Positions 28,894 through 38,078 of a stretch of DNA of 39,706 bases are shown in pieces. The position numbers were made by a program, and so were the translations under genes. Positions within the stretch are counted from its first letter, which is position 1, and the number at the start of each line of letters is the position of its first letter. The notes beneath the pieces are model-generated. The model had not been told where the DNA came from. It ran no database searches and saw only the letters and a program-made list of their open reading frames with translations. This stretch comes from Bdellovibrionota bacterium (GTDB taxonomy: Bacteria; Bdellovibrionota_C; UBA2361; OMIW01): NCBI GenBank assembly GCA_044345055.1, contig JBIJBT010000015.1, positions 1 to 39,706 on the forward strand, given 5' to 3'.

Positions 28894-29523
28894 TTAATCT
28901 CGCTCTTGAGCGACCTGTCCCTTTGATACGGTGCTCACATCCAACCGCACATCGAGCCTTCCGCTTCCCTCATTTTTATCGATAATTAGATTAGTAATAA
29001 GAAAAGGAGCTTTCCCCGTCGTGAGCGAATTGACGATTGTTAATAATTTTTCAAGAGAAGATATTCGAATATCTGAGACACGAAAGGTTGTTTGACGAAA
29101 CTGCTGGCCAAAATTTTTTGAGCCTGTTTCGGTAATGCGTGGGCGAGCCTCATCTCCTAGGTTCTCTTTAAAAAGGTTCTCAAGGAGAGAGAGTGGATTT
29201 TGATGATCGTCTACGCGACGAAAGAAGTTTTCTACCTCGCGTCGGCTCGCAATCAGAGCTTTGTGACTTTTTAACTGTTCTCTTGCATCGCTAATAGACG
29301 CTAACGCCGCCTCATAACGGGCAGTCTGCTCATCAATCCTTTCGCGTATTCCAAGCCCAATGAATCCGATAGTCGTGACGATAACAGCAATCGTTCCCCC
29401 GATTACCAGCCACTGTTCACGTTCGGATCTTTTCCCAAACCATTCGCGAGCCGGTTCGATCGCCGAGCTGCGCAATGTTTTCGAGAGTTGGCCGAGCTGT
29501 TCTTGTATTAATCCACGTTGCAT
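28894..29523 (-). CDS. type II secretion GspM-like protein
   Basis: W-x-x-x-SERE-x-x-L motif, TM helix, coiled coil and ferredoxin-like C-terminus (LDVRLDVST). Overlaps the upstream gene. Confidence 0.7.
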   Translation of the reverse strand: MQRGLIQEQLGQLSKTLRSSAIEPAREWFGKRSEREQWLVIGGTIAVIVTTIGFIGLGIRERIDEQTARYEAALASISDAREQLKSHKALIASRREVENFFRRVDDHQNPLSLLENLFKENLGDEARPRITETGSKNFGQQFRQTTFRVSDIRISSLEKLLTIVNSLTTGKAPFLITNLIIDKNEGSGRLDVRLDVSTVSKGQVAQERD

Positions 29524-30956
29524 ATGCGAAGCTCGAAGCGGAAAGCGACTTTATCCGAGAGACCCGATGTGGGAAGCTCCTTTTTTATACGACAATAGAT
29601 CTGCTTTCGTGATTTCGTTTGTCTTTTTCGGAGATGATTCTCTAATTTCTCTATCTCTGCATAGTCTTGCGATAGACCCTTAATCCGAACCGCTTTGCCG
29701 ATTAGTTCAAGAGAGGTGAGCGATATCTGTTTTGAGTCCGGAAGATCACGAAAAACGGTCGATAGCGCATCAATGGGGGATACAGTAATTGCAGAGCTAA
29801 GGTCTGATAGCTGTCGATTGAGCGCCGTATTTTCAACTCTGAGTGCCTGAACTTCACCCCCTGGAACTACCGACTTTCCTGGAAGCACCGCAGCTACCTG
29901 GCGCGATATCTCACTCTCTAATTGGCTAATTTGTCTTTCTCGCATAGTCGAAAGCGAGATCCAAAGAACTGCTATCGCGAGTAAGCCAGAGCCGAGAGCT
30001 TTCGCAAAAGCTGGCGAAAATTGAATGATTCTATGAATCAAAGGATTTATCGCGAGCTCTCCAGTACGAAAGTTCGTCAGTAGCGGTTGCAGGTCGTGAT
30101 TAAGGAATGCGTGTGCCGCAAGATCGGCGAGTGAGCTCTCCTCAGACTGAAGGGGTAATGTCTTCACTGGAATCGAGGGGAGGTGAAAAGAGGGGAGTAC
30201 TCCGATAGTAAACACCGCGCTGACATCGCATCCAAGCTGACGCTTCGTCGAAAGACACAGCGCCAACGTTTCACGGGCAATCGCGGCGGTATCGTGAGGA
30301 TCTTCGAGTGGAACAAATCGCTCAACATACGAGATCCCCCGAAACCCCACCAGTTGATGAAGTCCCTCCGGTGTAACGGTAATAACAAGAATCGGTGCAT
30401 CGCTCGCCGGCAGCCGCGCCAAAACTCCTGAAAGAGCCGCAGCGGGAGGACATATACGATGGGGCTCTATACCGAGCGCTCGACAAGAATCGATAACGTG
30501 TTGCACAAACAGTTGAGGCGCGCCCGCTACATGAAATTGGTGTGAGCCTCGGGATGACTCCTCTGAACTATCTCGCTCCCGAGCTGCACTGACCCGCTCA
30601 AGTGAATGCCAATGAAACAAAAACTCCTCTGTTTCAAACGGGAGAGTATCTTCGAGTAGAAGAGCAATCGCCCTTGCCCGCTCCTCATCCTTTGCAGGAG
30701 GCACCGAGACGTTGAGTCCTATTAGCTGCGATGGGGCAGCAACAACAATTGTAGTCGCCAACACCTTTTCCGCCGCCGAGGTAATTTCATGGAGCCGCTG
30801 CATCTGAAGAGAGCTTCGATCAGGTTCGGTGTTACTTTCTATCGAAAGATCGAGGGAGTCCCGTTCGAGCACAACAAAATCTTCCCCCTCTTTGCAACCG
30901 AGAAGAATCGGAGAGGGAGTTTGGGATAGATCGATACTAAGGACGTATTCATTCAT
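29508..30956 (-). CDS. type II secretion GspL-like protein (PilM-like cytoplasmic plus PilN-like periplasmic domains)
   Basis: LSIDL, LEDTLPF, NFRTGEL, TM helix, coiled coil, VRIKG...FRFEL. Start placed at ATG 30956; the ORF extends to 31064. Confidence 0.7.
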   Translation of the reverse strand: MNEYVLSIDLSQTPSPILLGCKEGEDFVVLERDSLDLSIESNTEPDRSSLQMQRLHEITSAAEKVLATTIVVAAPSQLIGLNVSVPPAKDEERARAIALLLEDTLPFETEEFLFHWHSLERVSAARERDSSEESSRGSHQFHVAGAPQLFVQHVIDSCRALGIEPHRICPPAAALSGVLARLPASDAPILVITVTPEGLHQLVGFRGISYVERFVPLEDPHDTAAIARETLALCLSTKRQLGCDVSAVFTIGVLPSFHLPSIPVKTLPLQSEESSLADLAAHAFLNHDLQPLLTNFRTGELAINPLIHRIIQFSPAFAKALGSGLLAIAVLWISLSTMRERQISQLESEISRQVAAVLPGKSVVPGGEVQALRVENTALNRQLSDLSSAITVSPIDALSTVFRDLPDSKQISLTSLELIGKAVRIKGLSQDYAEIEKLENHLRKRQTKSRKQIYCRIKKELPTSGLSDKVAFRFELRICNVD

Positions 30957-31082
30957 AGGACTGAGGATCGGGGTAGGGCTAAGTTGCCGCTTGCTGTATG
31001 AATGCCAGTCTTCGGTGACAAATGGTGCAGTCCGGAAGACTGCTAAATCTCCCTCATGTTGCACTCAAACCGCGCGACCACT

Positions 31083-31475
31083 CTACTCGGTATCGCGCTC
31101 ACCGGAAACCCCTTCCGAAGAGGTAGTCGGCGGCTTTTCTTCAGCCTCTTTCTCCTTAACGATAATCCCCGCATCAATCGCCATCATAACCGCGCGCTTT
31201 ACGACCTCTCGCTGCGCTGATGGGAGCGCCCCTATCGGAAAAAGCTTGTCTGCCTCCTCCTGAATCATCCCAAGGAGCCGTTCTCGTTCCGCACCACTCA
31301 AAGCGCGCTCAGTGCGCTCAGCCGAGCGCACTCCTCCAACCCGAGAAACCCCTTGAACCCCGGAGGTCGGACGAACCGCACCAACCGACTGCACCCCCTT
31401 CGTTGGCTCCACCCGCCGGGTGCCTTTCGTGGGAGATATGCTATCTATTTTGTCCGTTTTTCGTTTGTCGCTCAT
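31083..31475 (-). CDS. hypothetical small protein coupled to a sigma factor (candidate anti-sigma)
   Basis: ATGA overlap with the sigma gene. Low-complexity V/G/S/T/R N-terminal half and helical C-terminal half. Confidence 0.65.
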   Translation of the reverse strand: MSDKRKTDKIDSISPTKGTRRVEPTKGVQSVGAVRPTSGVQGVSRVGGVRSAERTERALSGAERERLLGMIQEEADKLFPIGALPSAQREVVKRAVMMAIDAGIIVKEKEAEEKPPTTSSEGVSGERDTE

Positions 31476-32293
31476 GGCGAGCTCCCCGAGATATCTAATG
31501 AGGAAAAAGGGCTACTAAAGCCTTTCACCTTGACCCCTTCAGAGAGGGTGCGAAGGCCCGGCCGAATTTTTGGTCGAGCGAGCGGCTGCTTGCCAGCCTG
31601 CACCGTTCGGCAGAGATGTTCGAGAATCATCTTATGTTCCCGAATAATGCTCAGTCCATCGACATCCCACTCCTCTGCAAGTCCACGCAACGAAAGCCCC
31701 TCCCAATACACCTTCCATAGTATTATTTGGTGTACCGGTTCAAGCCCAGAAATTGCGCGAATCAGCCTTTTTAAATCTACAGAATCTTCGAGAGTAAGCG
31801 TTTCAGGGGAATCTTTTGTCGCAAGAAGAGCGGCTCCCATCAATAGTTCACGGATGGATGCACGGGTCGCTCCCTCAGGCGAATCGAAATCCTCGGAGAC
31901 GATCTCGCCTGTGCGAATTTCTGGGAATATCGCTAAAAGTTCGTGAGACAGTTCACGTGCCTGATCGTCGATGGTTGTTGTTGATGCCCCCCCTTTTCGC
32001 CATCCTTTGGAGCGTCTCGCCTGCTCGGTCGCTGCCTCATGAATACGCCGCCGCGCATACCCCCGAAAGGGAACGCCCCTCGTTTCGTCGAATCGACGTG
32101 AGCAGTAAAGGAGTGCCTCCATCGCGGCCCCATCGAGACCATCATTTTCCCAGTCTAGGTCCCAACCTCGGGCAACCGACCGAGCAATGCTTTGGGCCCA
32201 CCCCGAGTGCTCGATCGCAAGGGCGTTTGCAGCCTCTATCGAGGGTCGCGTCGAGGCTGAAAGGTGCTCCTCATCCTCTCCATCACTTTCCAA
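31472..32293 (-). CDS. sigma-70 family RNA polymerase sigma factor (FliA/WhiG-like), copy A
   Basis: Region 2 (WAQSIARSVAR...ALLYCSRRFDETRGVPFRGYARRRI) and region 4 (LEPVHQIILWKVYWEGLSLRGLAEEW). Start placed at TTG 32293 after GGAGGA; the ORF extends to 32437. Confidence 0.8.
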   Translation of the reverse strand: MESDGEDEEHLSASTRPSIEAANALAIEHSGWAQSIARSVARGWDLDWENDGLDGAAMEALLYCSRRFDETRGVPFRGYARRRIHEAATEQARRSKGWRKGGASTTTIDDQARELSHELLAIFPEIRTGEIVSEDFDSPEGATRASIRELLMGAALLATKDSPETLTLEDSVDLKRLIRAISGLEPVHQIILWKVYWEGLSLRGLAEEWDVDGLSIIREHKMILEHLCRTVQAGKQPLARPKIRPGLRTLSEGVKVKGFSSPFSSLDISGSSP

Positions 32294-32454
32294 ACATTCC
32301 TCCGTATTCCGGCGGGGGTTAACGACGGGATTTTCAAGACCTCTTGAATTAATTGAAGAAAAACAGGTGTCCGAAAAACACGGAAGCCCGCCCACGGTTA
32401 CGACCCGTTGAAACTGCTTCCATGGAGCAAAGAGCAAACTCTTTCTCTGAAAAA

Positions 32455-32482
32455 ATTATACCTGATTTAAAAAAAAGTTGAA
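32455..32482 (-). promoter_or_regulatory. putative sigma70 promoter of the sigma A-gspLMN unit
   Basis: TTCAAC-N16-TATAAT on the minus strand. Confidence 0.45.
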
Positions 32483-32594
32483 GCAAATTCGCAACAGGAG
32501 CGGATAAGGGGGAAGAGGAGCTGGTTTGTCCAAAGGACGTAAAAGCCAATTTCCTTAATGGGTGTGTTTATTTAGAACACAAGTTGTACAGCTA

Positions 32595-32622
32595 TCAACC
32601 TTTGTCCCGCGTTTGCCGATGT
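32595..32622 (+). promoter_or_regulatory. putative sigma28/SigD-type promoter of sigma B
   Basis: TCAA-N16-GCCGATGT, compared with the SigD consensus TAAA-N16-GCCGATAT. Confidence 0.45.
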
Positions 32623-32686
32623 TCTGTTTGACGACAGAGAGGTGTAGCAGGATGGTTTACGAAGATTCCTTAAGCAAGGAGTGTTT

Positions 32687-33505
32687 ATGGGTTTAGCGAT
32701 TTCCAAGGCAGAGCGGAAAGCCAACAAAAGCAATTCGAAGCGTTCCTCCGCTTCGCTTAAGCTTAGTCGCTCTGGGGAGCCAAGGCGGCCAAACCGTCGT
32801 GAGCGAAATGAGCTTGTAGTGGGATGCAGATTGAAGGCCCGCAAGCTCGCTCGAAGTATTCTCCGTCGATGGAACGCGAGACTCGATATAGGTGAAGTTG
32901 ATAGTATCGTTGATCTTTCCCTCTGTGAGGCTGTTCAGCGATTTAGCCCCGATAAAGGGGCGAGCTTCATGACATTCATGTTTTTTCATCTGCGGGGAAA
33001 TCTTATCCGTGCAGTTGCAGGCTCGGTAACTGCGTATTCACTACTCGGCGCGGCCTCTGAGGATGCCGTTGACGATGGCGCGACCCCTGGACGAACAGTG
33101 AACGCAGCAGAAATAGCGCGGGCGCTCTTTAATAACAACCATTCGTCACCTGATGAAGAGCTTTTTCGTAAGCAGCTTGCGTCGATAAGTTCCGATGCAT
33201 TTGACAGGCTGGACCCGCTCGAGCGCGAGGTTATAAATCGAATTTATCTCGCGGAGGAGCAGCTTTTGGATATCGCTGACAACCTCGGATATAGCCGTTG
33301 TCACATAAGTCGAGTGAAAAAGAGAGCTCTTGAAACATTATTCCACGAGCTCCGCAATTCCCTCGGTGACGAGCTGGCGAGGATTGTTCCTTCAGCAATC
33401 GAAGGTGTACCAGAGGAGCATTTCGAGCACCGAGAAATCCGCCGCCGCCGCCCGAGAAGTTCAAAGGCATCCAGAAGCGGCGAACGAGAGGCAGTCGCAG
33501 CTTAA
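32687..33505 (+). CDS. sigma-70 family RNA polymerase sigma factor (FliA/WhiG/SigB-like), copy B
   Basis: LCEAVQRFSPDKGASFMTFMFFHLRG and LDPLEREVINRIY...IADNLGYSRCHISRVKKRALETL. AAGGAG RBS before ATG 32687. Confidence 0.88.
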   Translation: MGLAISKAERKANKSNSKRSSASLKLSRSGEPRRPNRRERNELVVGCRLKARKLARSILRRWNARLDIGEVDSIVDLSLCEAVQRFSPDKGASFMTFMFFHLRGNLIRAVAGSVTAYSLLGAASEDAVDDGATPGRTVNAAEIARALFNNNHSSPDEELFRKQLASISSDAFDRLDPLEREVINRIYLAEEQLLDIADNLGYSRCHISRVKKRALETLFHELRNSLGDELARIVPSAIEGVPEEHFEHREIRRRRPRSSKASRSGEREAVAA

Positions 33506-33528
33506 GTGACATTGTGAAGGGAATTTAG

Positions 33529-33571
33529 ATAGAGAGCTTGTCAGCAGCATGCTTGCTGGCAGGCTCTCTAT
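33529..33571 (+). terminator. stem-loop after sigma B (probable terminator)
   Basis: ATAGAGAGCTTGTCAGCA / TGCTGGCAGGCTCTCTAT. Weak U tract. Confidence 0.55.
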
Positions 33572-33888
33572 AACTGACTAATGCAAATTGGACCTCAATA
33601 TTTAATTTAGACCGCCATATCTCGCTATATATATAGTAGTCTGAATGAATCGACCAACTGTCACTACCCCTCAGTAGAGTCGTTCCTAATCTCCCCGCCA
33701 GCTTAAACTATTCCCCTCCCAGACCCAGCTTCAAAGACATCCGTTCACGGCAGAACCCCTCCCACCTTTTTACCCGCGCCCCCCTTTGTAGTACTGTTAA
33801 GCCGAATCTTAATTGCGATTGGCGCCTTGCTTCTTATTTTGCCGTTTTGGTAACCCGTTTTTCAATTTTTTCATTAGGACTCGGTATC

Positions 33889-34464
33889 ATGTCTTTTCTT
33901 ATCCCAAATCATTTTTCTCCCCTTTTTTCTCCGCTCGCTATTAGGGAGGCGGTTGCTCGTCTTGGTGGGGAGATCTCAGAGTGGTCCCGTGAGGTTTGGG
34001 AGGAGTCGGGGAGGGATGTGGTTGCGGTGCCGGTTCTGCGCGGTGGGATTATTTTTTTTGGGGACCTGGTTCGAGCGGTGAACTCCTCACTTGAGGTTGC
34101 TCCGGGTAGATCTTGGGGGTATGAGGTGGGTGAAAATGGAGTGCAGAGCGAGGGAATCCGGCTCGATGTTTCAGCCATACCAACAGAGGGTCGGTCGGTG
34201 TTATTGATCGATGATATTTGTGATTCGGGGCGCACTCTTGAGGCGATGGCTAAACTCTTGAGGGAGCGGGGGGCTCGCGAGGTTCGCACAGCGGTGCTTA
34301 TCCGGCGCCTCCTTCCAGAGCCGCTGCATACTCCGAATTGGAGCGCCTTTGAGTATGGTGGAGCTGAATGGTTTGTGGGATACGGGATGGAGGATGGTGA
34401 GCGGTGGCGCAATCTGCCCGGAGTGTACATTATTTGTCCGGAAGCACCACGTGAAGATGGTTAG
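33889..34464 (+). CDS. hpt: hypoxanthine phosphoribosyltransferase-like protein
   Basis: VLRGGIIFFGDL, VLLIDDICDSGRTL (PRPP-binding motif), FVGYGMED...RNLP. Confidence 0.8.
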   Translation: MSFLIPNHFSPLFSPLAIREAVARLGGEISEWSREVWEESGRDVVAVPVLRGGIIFFGDLVRAVNSSLEVAPGRSWGYEVGENGVQSEGIRLDVSAIPTEGRSVLLIDDICDSGRTLEAMAKLLRERGAREVRTAVLIRRLLPEPLHTPNWSAFEYGGAEWFVGYGMEDGERWRNLPGVYIICPEAPREDG

Positions 34465-34565
34465 AAAGATAGACTCTTTCGGACGATCCTCGAGATTTTT
34501 TCAATAAACAAGCAGTTCCCACTATCCGCAGAACCTCTGATAATTGAGGTTGTTGATGAGATCTA

Positions 34566-36035
34566 ATGATGAAAAAGAGCAAATCTTCGACGATGGTGAA
34601 TGACACCTCATCTATCACCAACCACGTTGAGGCTGACTCCGCTGTTTCAGAAGAGATCGCCTACGCGCTCGATCTCGTCGCAGTATCGAAGCAGTTCACA
34701 CGCACCTCGAGGGTGTCGGGCTACTCGACGTTAAAGAGTGCGATCCTCTCTCTTTTCGGCCGATCTCGTAAGGAACTGCGCCGAACGCAGCATGTACTCT
34801 CTGACATCACCCTTCGGATTCCTCAGGGGGCTTCGGTAGGAATTATTGGAAGAAACGGGTCGGGTAAATCGACACTTCTCAAAATCATTACTGGCATCTA
34901 TCAACCCGATATAGGCTCCGTTGCGTTAAACGGTCGAATAGCCGCCCTAATAGAGCTCGGTGCTGGATTTCATCCTGATTTTACTGGGCGTGAAAATGTG
35001 ATGCTCGGGGGGATCATGCATGGCCTTACAAGAGCTGAGGTTGAGGAACGGTTTGATGAAATAGTTGATTTCGCGGAATTAGCCGATGTAATTGATGAAC
35101 CGGTGAGAACATATTCATCTGGAATGTTCATGCGGCTCGGATTTAGTCTAGCTGTTCACACCGATCCGAGAATTCTTCTAGTCGATGAGGTATTGGCAGT
35201 TGGTGATGCGGCGTTCGTTGCAAAATGCAAAGAAAAGCTCGCATCGCTGAAGCGTATGGGAACTACCCTTTTGCTGGTTAGCCACGATCTTGATGCTGTT
35301 GAACGGTGGTGCGATGAGGTGTTGTGGCTTGAAGGTGGAGTCGTGCGTGATCGAGGCGAGCCGCGCAGAGTGATCGATCACTATAGGCAATTTCTCGATC
35401 GTCGTGAAGAGCAGGAGAGATTTGATCGGCAGGATGAGAATTCTGCTGAAGACGAGGTGCATGTCGAAACGCCTAGCTCCAGCGATAGTAGGGAGGATGA
35501 AGAGCAGAAGTCTGAGGTGCAGGGGGCAACTCAGGTTTCAGGCGAGGCCGTTGCGGGAAGTGCTCGTTGGGGAAGCCGTGAGATCGAGATTGTGTCGGTT
35601 AGACTTGTCGTCGGGGAAGAATCCGAGGAGCGGCGGGTTGTTGCATCGGATGATCGGGTGACTATTGTTCTACATATTCAGGTTCACCAATCAGTTTTGG
35701 AACCGGTCTTTGGAATCGGGATTAATCGTAATGATGGTCTTGCCGTTTTTGGCACTAATACGGGCATCGATAGAGTAAAGCTTGCTCCGATTAGTGAGGG
35801 AGGAACTGTATCATTTACCCTTCCGCGGCTCGGTTTAAGCGAAGGTGTATACACGATCGATGCAGCGGTTCATGCTGCTGATGGCTATCCGTACGATTAT
35901 CGAAAGGGGGTGCTCTGTTTTAGCGTTCGCTCGGGTTGTGGTGAGATCGGCGTTATATCGCCGTTACGGGAGTGGCGCTTTCTTCCTAATGATACCGAAG
36001 CCGCTACGTTGGCATCGCCCGATGTGTACTCTTAG
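34566..36035 (+). CDS. wzt: polysaccharide ABC exporter ATPase with C-terminal carbohydrate-binding domain
   Basis: GRNGSGKSTLL, ELGAGFHPDFTGREN, YSSGM, DEVLAVGDAAF, plus a Wzt_C-like beta domain. Confidence 0.9.
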   Translation: MMKKSKSSTMVNDTSSITNHVEADSAVSEEIAYALDLVAVSKQFTRTSRVSGYSTLKSAILSLFGRSRKELRRTQHVLSDITLRIPQGASVGIIGRNGSGKSTLLKIITGIYQPDIGSVALNGRIAALIELGAGFHPDFTGRENVMLGGIMHGLTRAEVEERFDEIVDFAELADVIDEPVRTYSSGMFMRLGFSLAVHTDPRILLVDEVLAVGDAAFVAKCKEKLASLKRMGTTLLLVSHDLDAVERWCDEVLWLEGGVVRDRGEPRRVIDHYRQFLDRREEQERFDRQDENSAEDEVHVETPSSSDSREDEEQKSEVQGATQVSGEAVAGSARWGSREIEIVSVRLVVGEESEERRVVASDDRVTIVLHIQVHQSVLEPVFGIGINRNDGLAVFGTNTGIDRVKLAPISEGGTVSFTLPRLGLSEGVYTIDAAVHAADGYPYDYRKGVLCFSVRSGCGEIGVISPLREWRFLPNDTEAATLASPDVYS

Positions 36036-36063
36036 CATCGTGGGAATTTAGTTTAAGGACACC

Positions 36064-36936
36064 GTGACGGCAAAGATGACCGCAAGAAAAAATATTTCAG
36101 AAACCGATCCTCAATACCGATCTTCGACTCCGCATCGTCAGGCACGTTCGAATGCGCTTGTGCGAACTATCTCCGAGAGTGTGCGGTATCGCTCATTGGT
36201 GCGGGCACTCGTGGTGCGTCATCTCGCGGGGCGATATCGGGGCTCGGTCTTGGGATTTATCTGGTCTCTGCTCAATCCGCTCTGCTTAATGGCGGTTTAT
36301 ACCCTTGTGTTTCACGTGTATTCCCGCTTCGATGATGCAAACCACTATACCCTTTTTGTTTTTTGTGGATTGCTCCCGTGGGTGTGGACTCAAAGCACTC
36401 TAGTAGAGGGGACCTCCTCGATCGCAGGAAGTGGTCACCTTGTCACCAAGTCGATGTTCCCCCCACATATTTTGCCACTCGTATCTGTGTTCACGGGGCT
36501 TTCTCATTTTCTACTTTCGCTTCCCATTTTTTTTCTCTTCTCCTATCTTCTCGGAGGAGAGGTTTCATGGTCGCTTCTTCTCCTTCCAATTGTCGTTGCG
36601 ATACATTTTTTCATGTTGTACGGATTTGTTCTCGCGAGCTCAGCGCTGAATGTATTTTATCGAGATGTTCAGCATCTAATAGGAAATATTCTTTCCCTAA
36701 TCTTTTTTTTGTGTCCGATCGTGTACCCTGCAACGCAGGTTCCGGAGCGATATTCATGGACACTTTCTGCTAATCCCTTTGCGGCGATCGTGCAGCTTTA
36801 TCATGCAATATTACTGCGTGGTGAGATCCCCTCAGCTGTTTTGCTCGAGGCATCTCTGGGATGGGCGCTATTATCGCTTATTGCAGGTGCTACGATATTC
36901 CAACGTTACCGTGACCACCTTGCGGAGGCGCTCTAA
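36064..36936 (+). CDS. wzm: polysaccharide ABC exporter permease
   Basis: RYRGSVLGFIWSLLNP, GLLPW, NVFYRDVQH, PIVYP, NPF. Confidence 0.9.
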   Translation: MTAKMTARKNISETDPQYRSSTPHRQARSNALVRTISESVRYRSLVRALVVRHLAGRYRGSVLGFIWSLLNPLCLMAVYTLVFHVYSRFDDANHYTLFVFCGLLPWVWTQSTLVEGTSSIAGSGHLVTKSMFPPHILPLVSVFTGLSHFLLSLPIFFLFSYLLGGEVSWSLLLLPIVVAIHFFMLYGFVLASSALNVFYRDVQHLIGNILSLIFFLCPIVYPATQVPERYSWTLSANPFAAIVQLYHAILLRGEIPSAVLLEASLGWALLSLIAGATIFQRYRDHLAEAL

Positions 36937-38078
36937 TGACTAGTGTTGCTCGCTCGATTCATCAGCTCGTTCACACGCTGAGTTACGGGGATGCGATATC
37001 GAATGAGGTGCTAGCCCTCGATAGAGCGTGTCGCGAACGGGGCGCGATTAGTGAAATCGTCGCACTAGGCACCCATCCACACTACAAAGGTCGCACTCGA
37101 GATCTTGGTTGGGCAAAGGATCAGTCTCCCGATACCCTTATTCTTCACTACTCTCTCGGTTCTCCCCTTAATGATCTGTACCGCACTTCGTCGGCAAAAG
37201 AGCGAGTTCTTATCTATCACAACATTACTCCTCCTCATTGGTTTAAGGCTGTAAATCCCCGTGTTCGGCGTAGTATTGAAGCTGGCATCCGGGATCTCGA
37301 GGAGCTTTGTCGATTGAGCGACAGAATTATCGCGGACTCTGCCTTTAATGCATCGGAGATCGCTGCGCTTGGATTGACCGCCGAGGTGTTGCCGTTGCCG
37401 ATCGATCCAGCCCGATGGACCGTTGCTCCGAATGAGGAGATCGCAGCCAAGCTTCGGTGTGACCCGCGACCACAACTTCTCCATGTAGGGCGAATAGCCC
37501 CAAACAAAAGGCTCGAAGATCTCATCAAAATTCTCTTTGTTCTAAAGGGCGGGTTCAAAAAAGATGCCGTGCTGTGGTTTGTGGGAATTGATACTGACAC
37601 CGAGCTTTATGGATTCGCGCTTAAGCGAATGGCGCGGGAATTTGGTTTAGAGGACTCGATTCGGTTTACTGGAGGGCTTTCCGATGAAGAGGTTCGGGCT
37701 TTCTATGAGGGGAGTTCGGTTTATCTCTGTATGAGTGAGCATGAGGGATATTGTTATCCGGTGGTCGAGGCGATGAATTTTGGATTGCCGGTCGTTGCGT
37801 TTGATGCGGGAGCCTTATCGTCGACCGTTGGAGATGGTGGAATCGTTGTCGGCACAAAAGACCCTGGATTAGTGGCAGGAATAGTTGCTGAGCTACTCGA
37901 CGACCACGCACTTCGCTCTAAGGTTATAGCGGCAGGTCGTGCGAGAGTTGCCGAGGCTTCGTTCGAGCGGTTCAGTAATCAGGTCGCCGCACTCTTTTTG
38001 GGAGAATCGGGTAATCTGGGCGGTGAAATGCAGGATGAGCTCCAGGATAACAGTGCGGTCTCCGGGGAGAACCGTTGA
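36936..38078 (+). CDS. GT4 family glycosyltransferase
   Basis: GDAISN, YHNITP, VGRIAPNKR, SEHEGYCYPVVEAM. Confidence 0.9.
   Translation: MTSVARSIHQLVHTLSYGDAISNEVLALDRACRERGAISEIVALGTHPHYKGRTRDLGWAKDQSPDTLILHYSLGSPLNDLYRTSSAKERVLIYHNITPPHWFKAVNPRVRRSIEAGIRDLEELCRLSDRIIADSAFNASEIAALGLTAEVLPLPIDPARWTVAPNEEIAAKLRCDPRPQLLHVGRIAPNKRLEDLIKILFVLKGGFKKDAVLWFVGIDTDTELYGFALKRMAREFGLEDSIRFTGGLSDEEVRAFYEGSSVYLCMSEHEGYCYPVVEAMNFGLPVVAFDAGALSSTVGDGGIVVGTKDPGLVAGIVAELLDDHALRSKVIAAGRARVAEASFERFSNQVAALFLGESGNLGGEMQDELQDNSAVSGENR

Noticed and set aside
30829..32322. Plus-strand ORFs of 144-197 aa
   Set aside because: They are antisense shadows of the gspL-like, small-protein and sigma A genes.
33640..34400. 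C-rich intergenic stretch followed by a G-rich hpt coding strand
   Set aside because: I found no complementarity or repeat unit; it is likely ordinary compositional skew.
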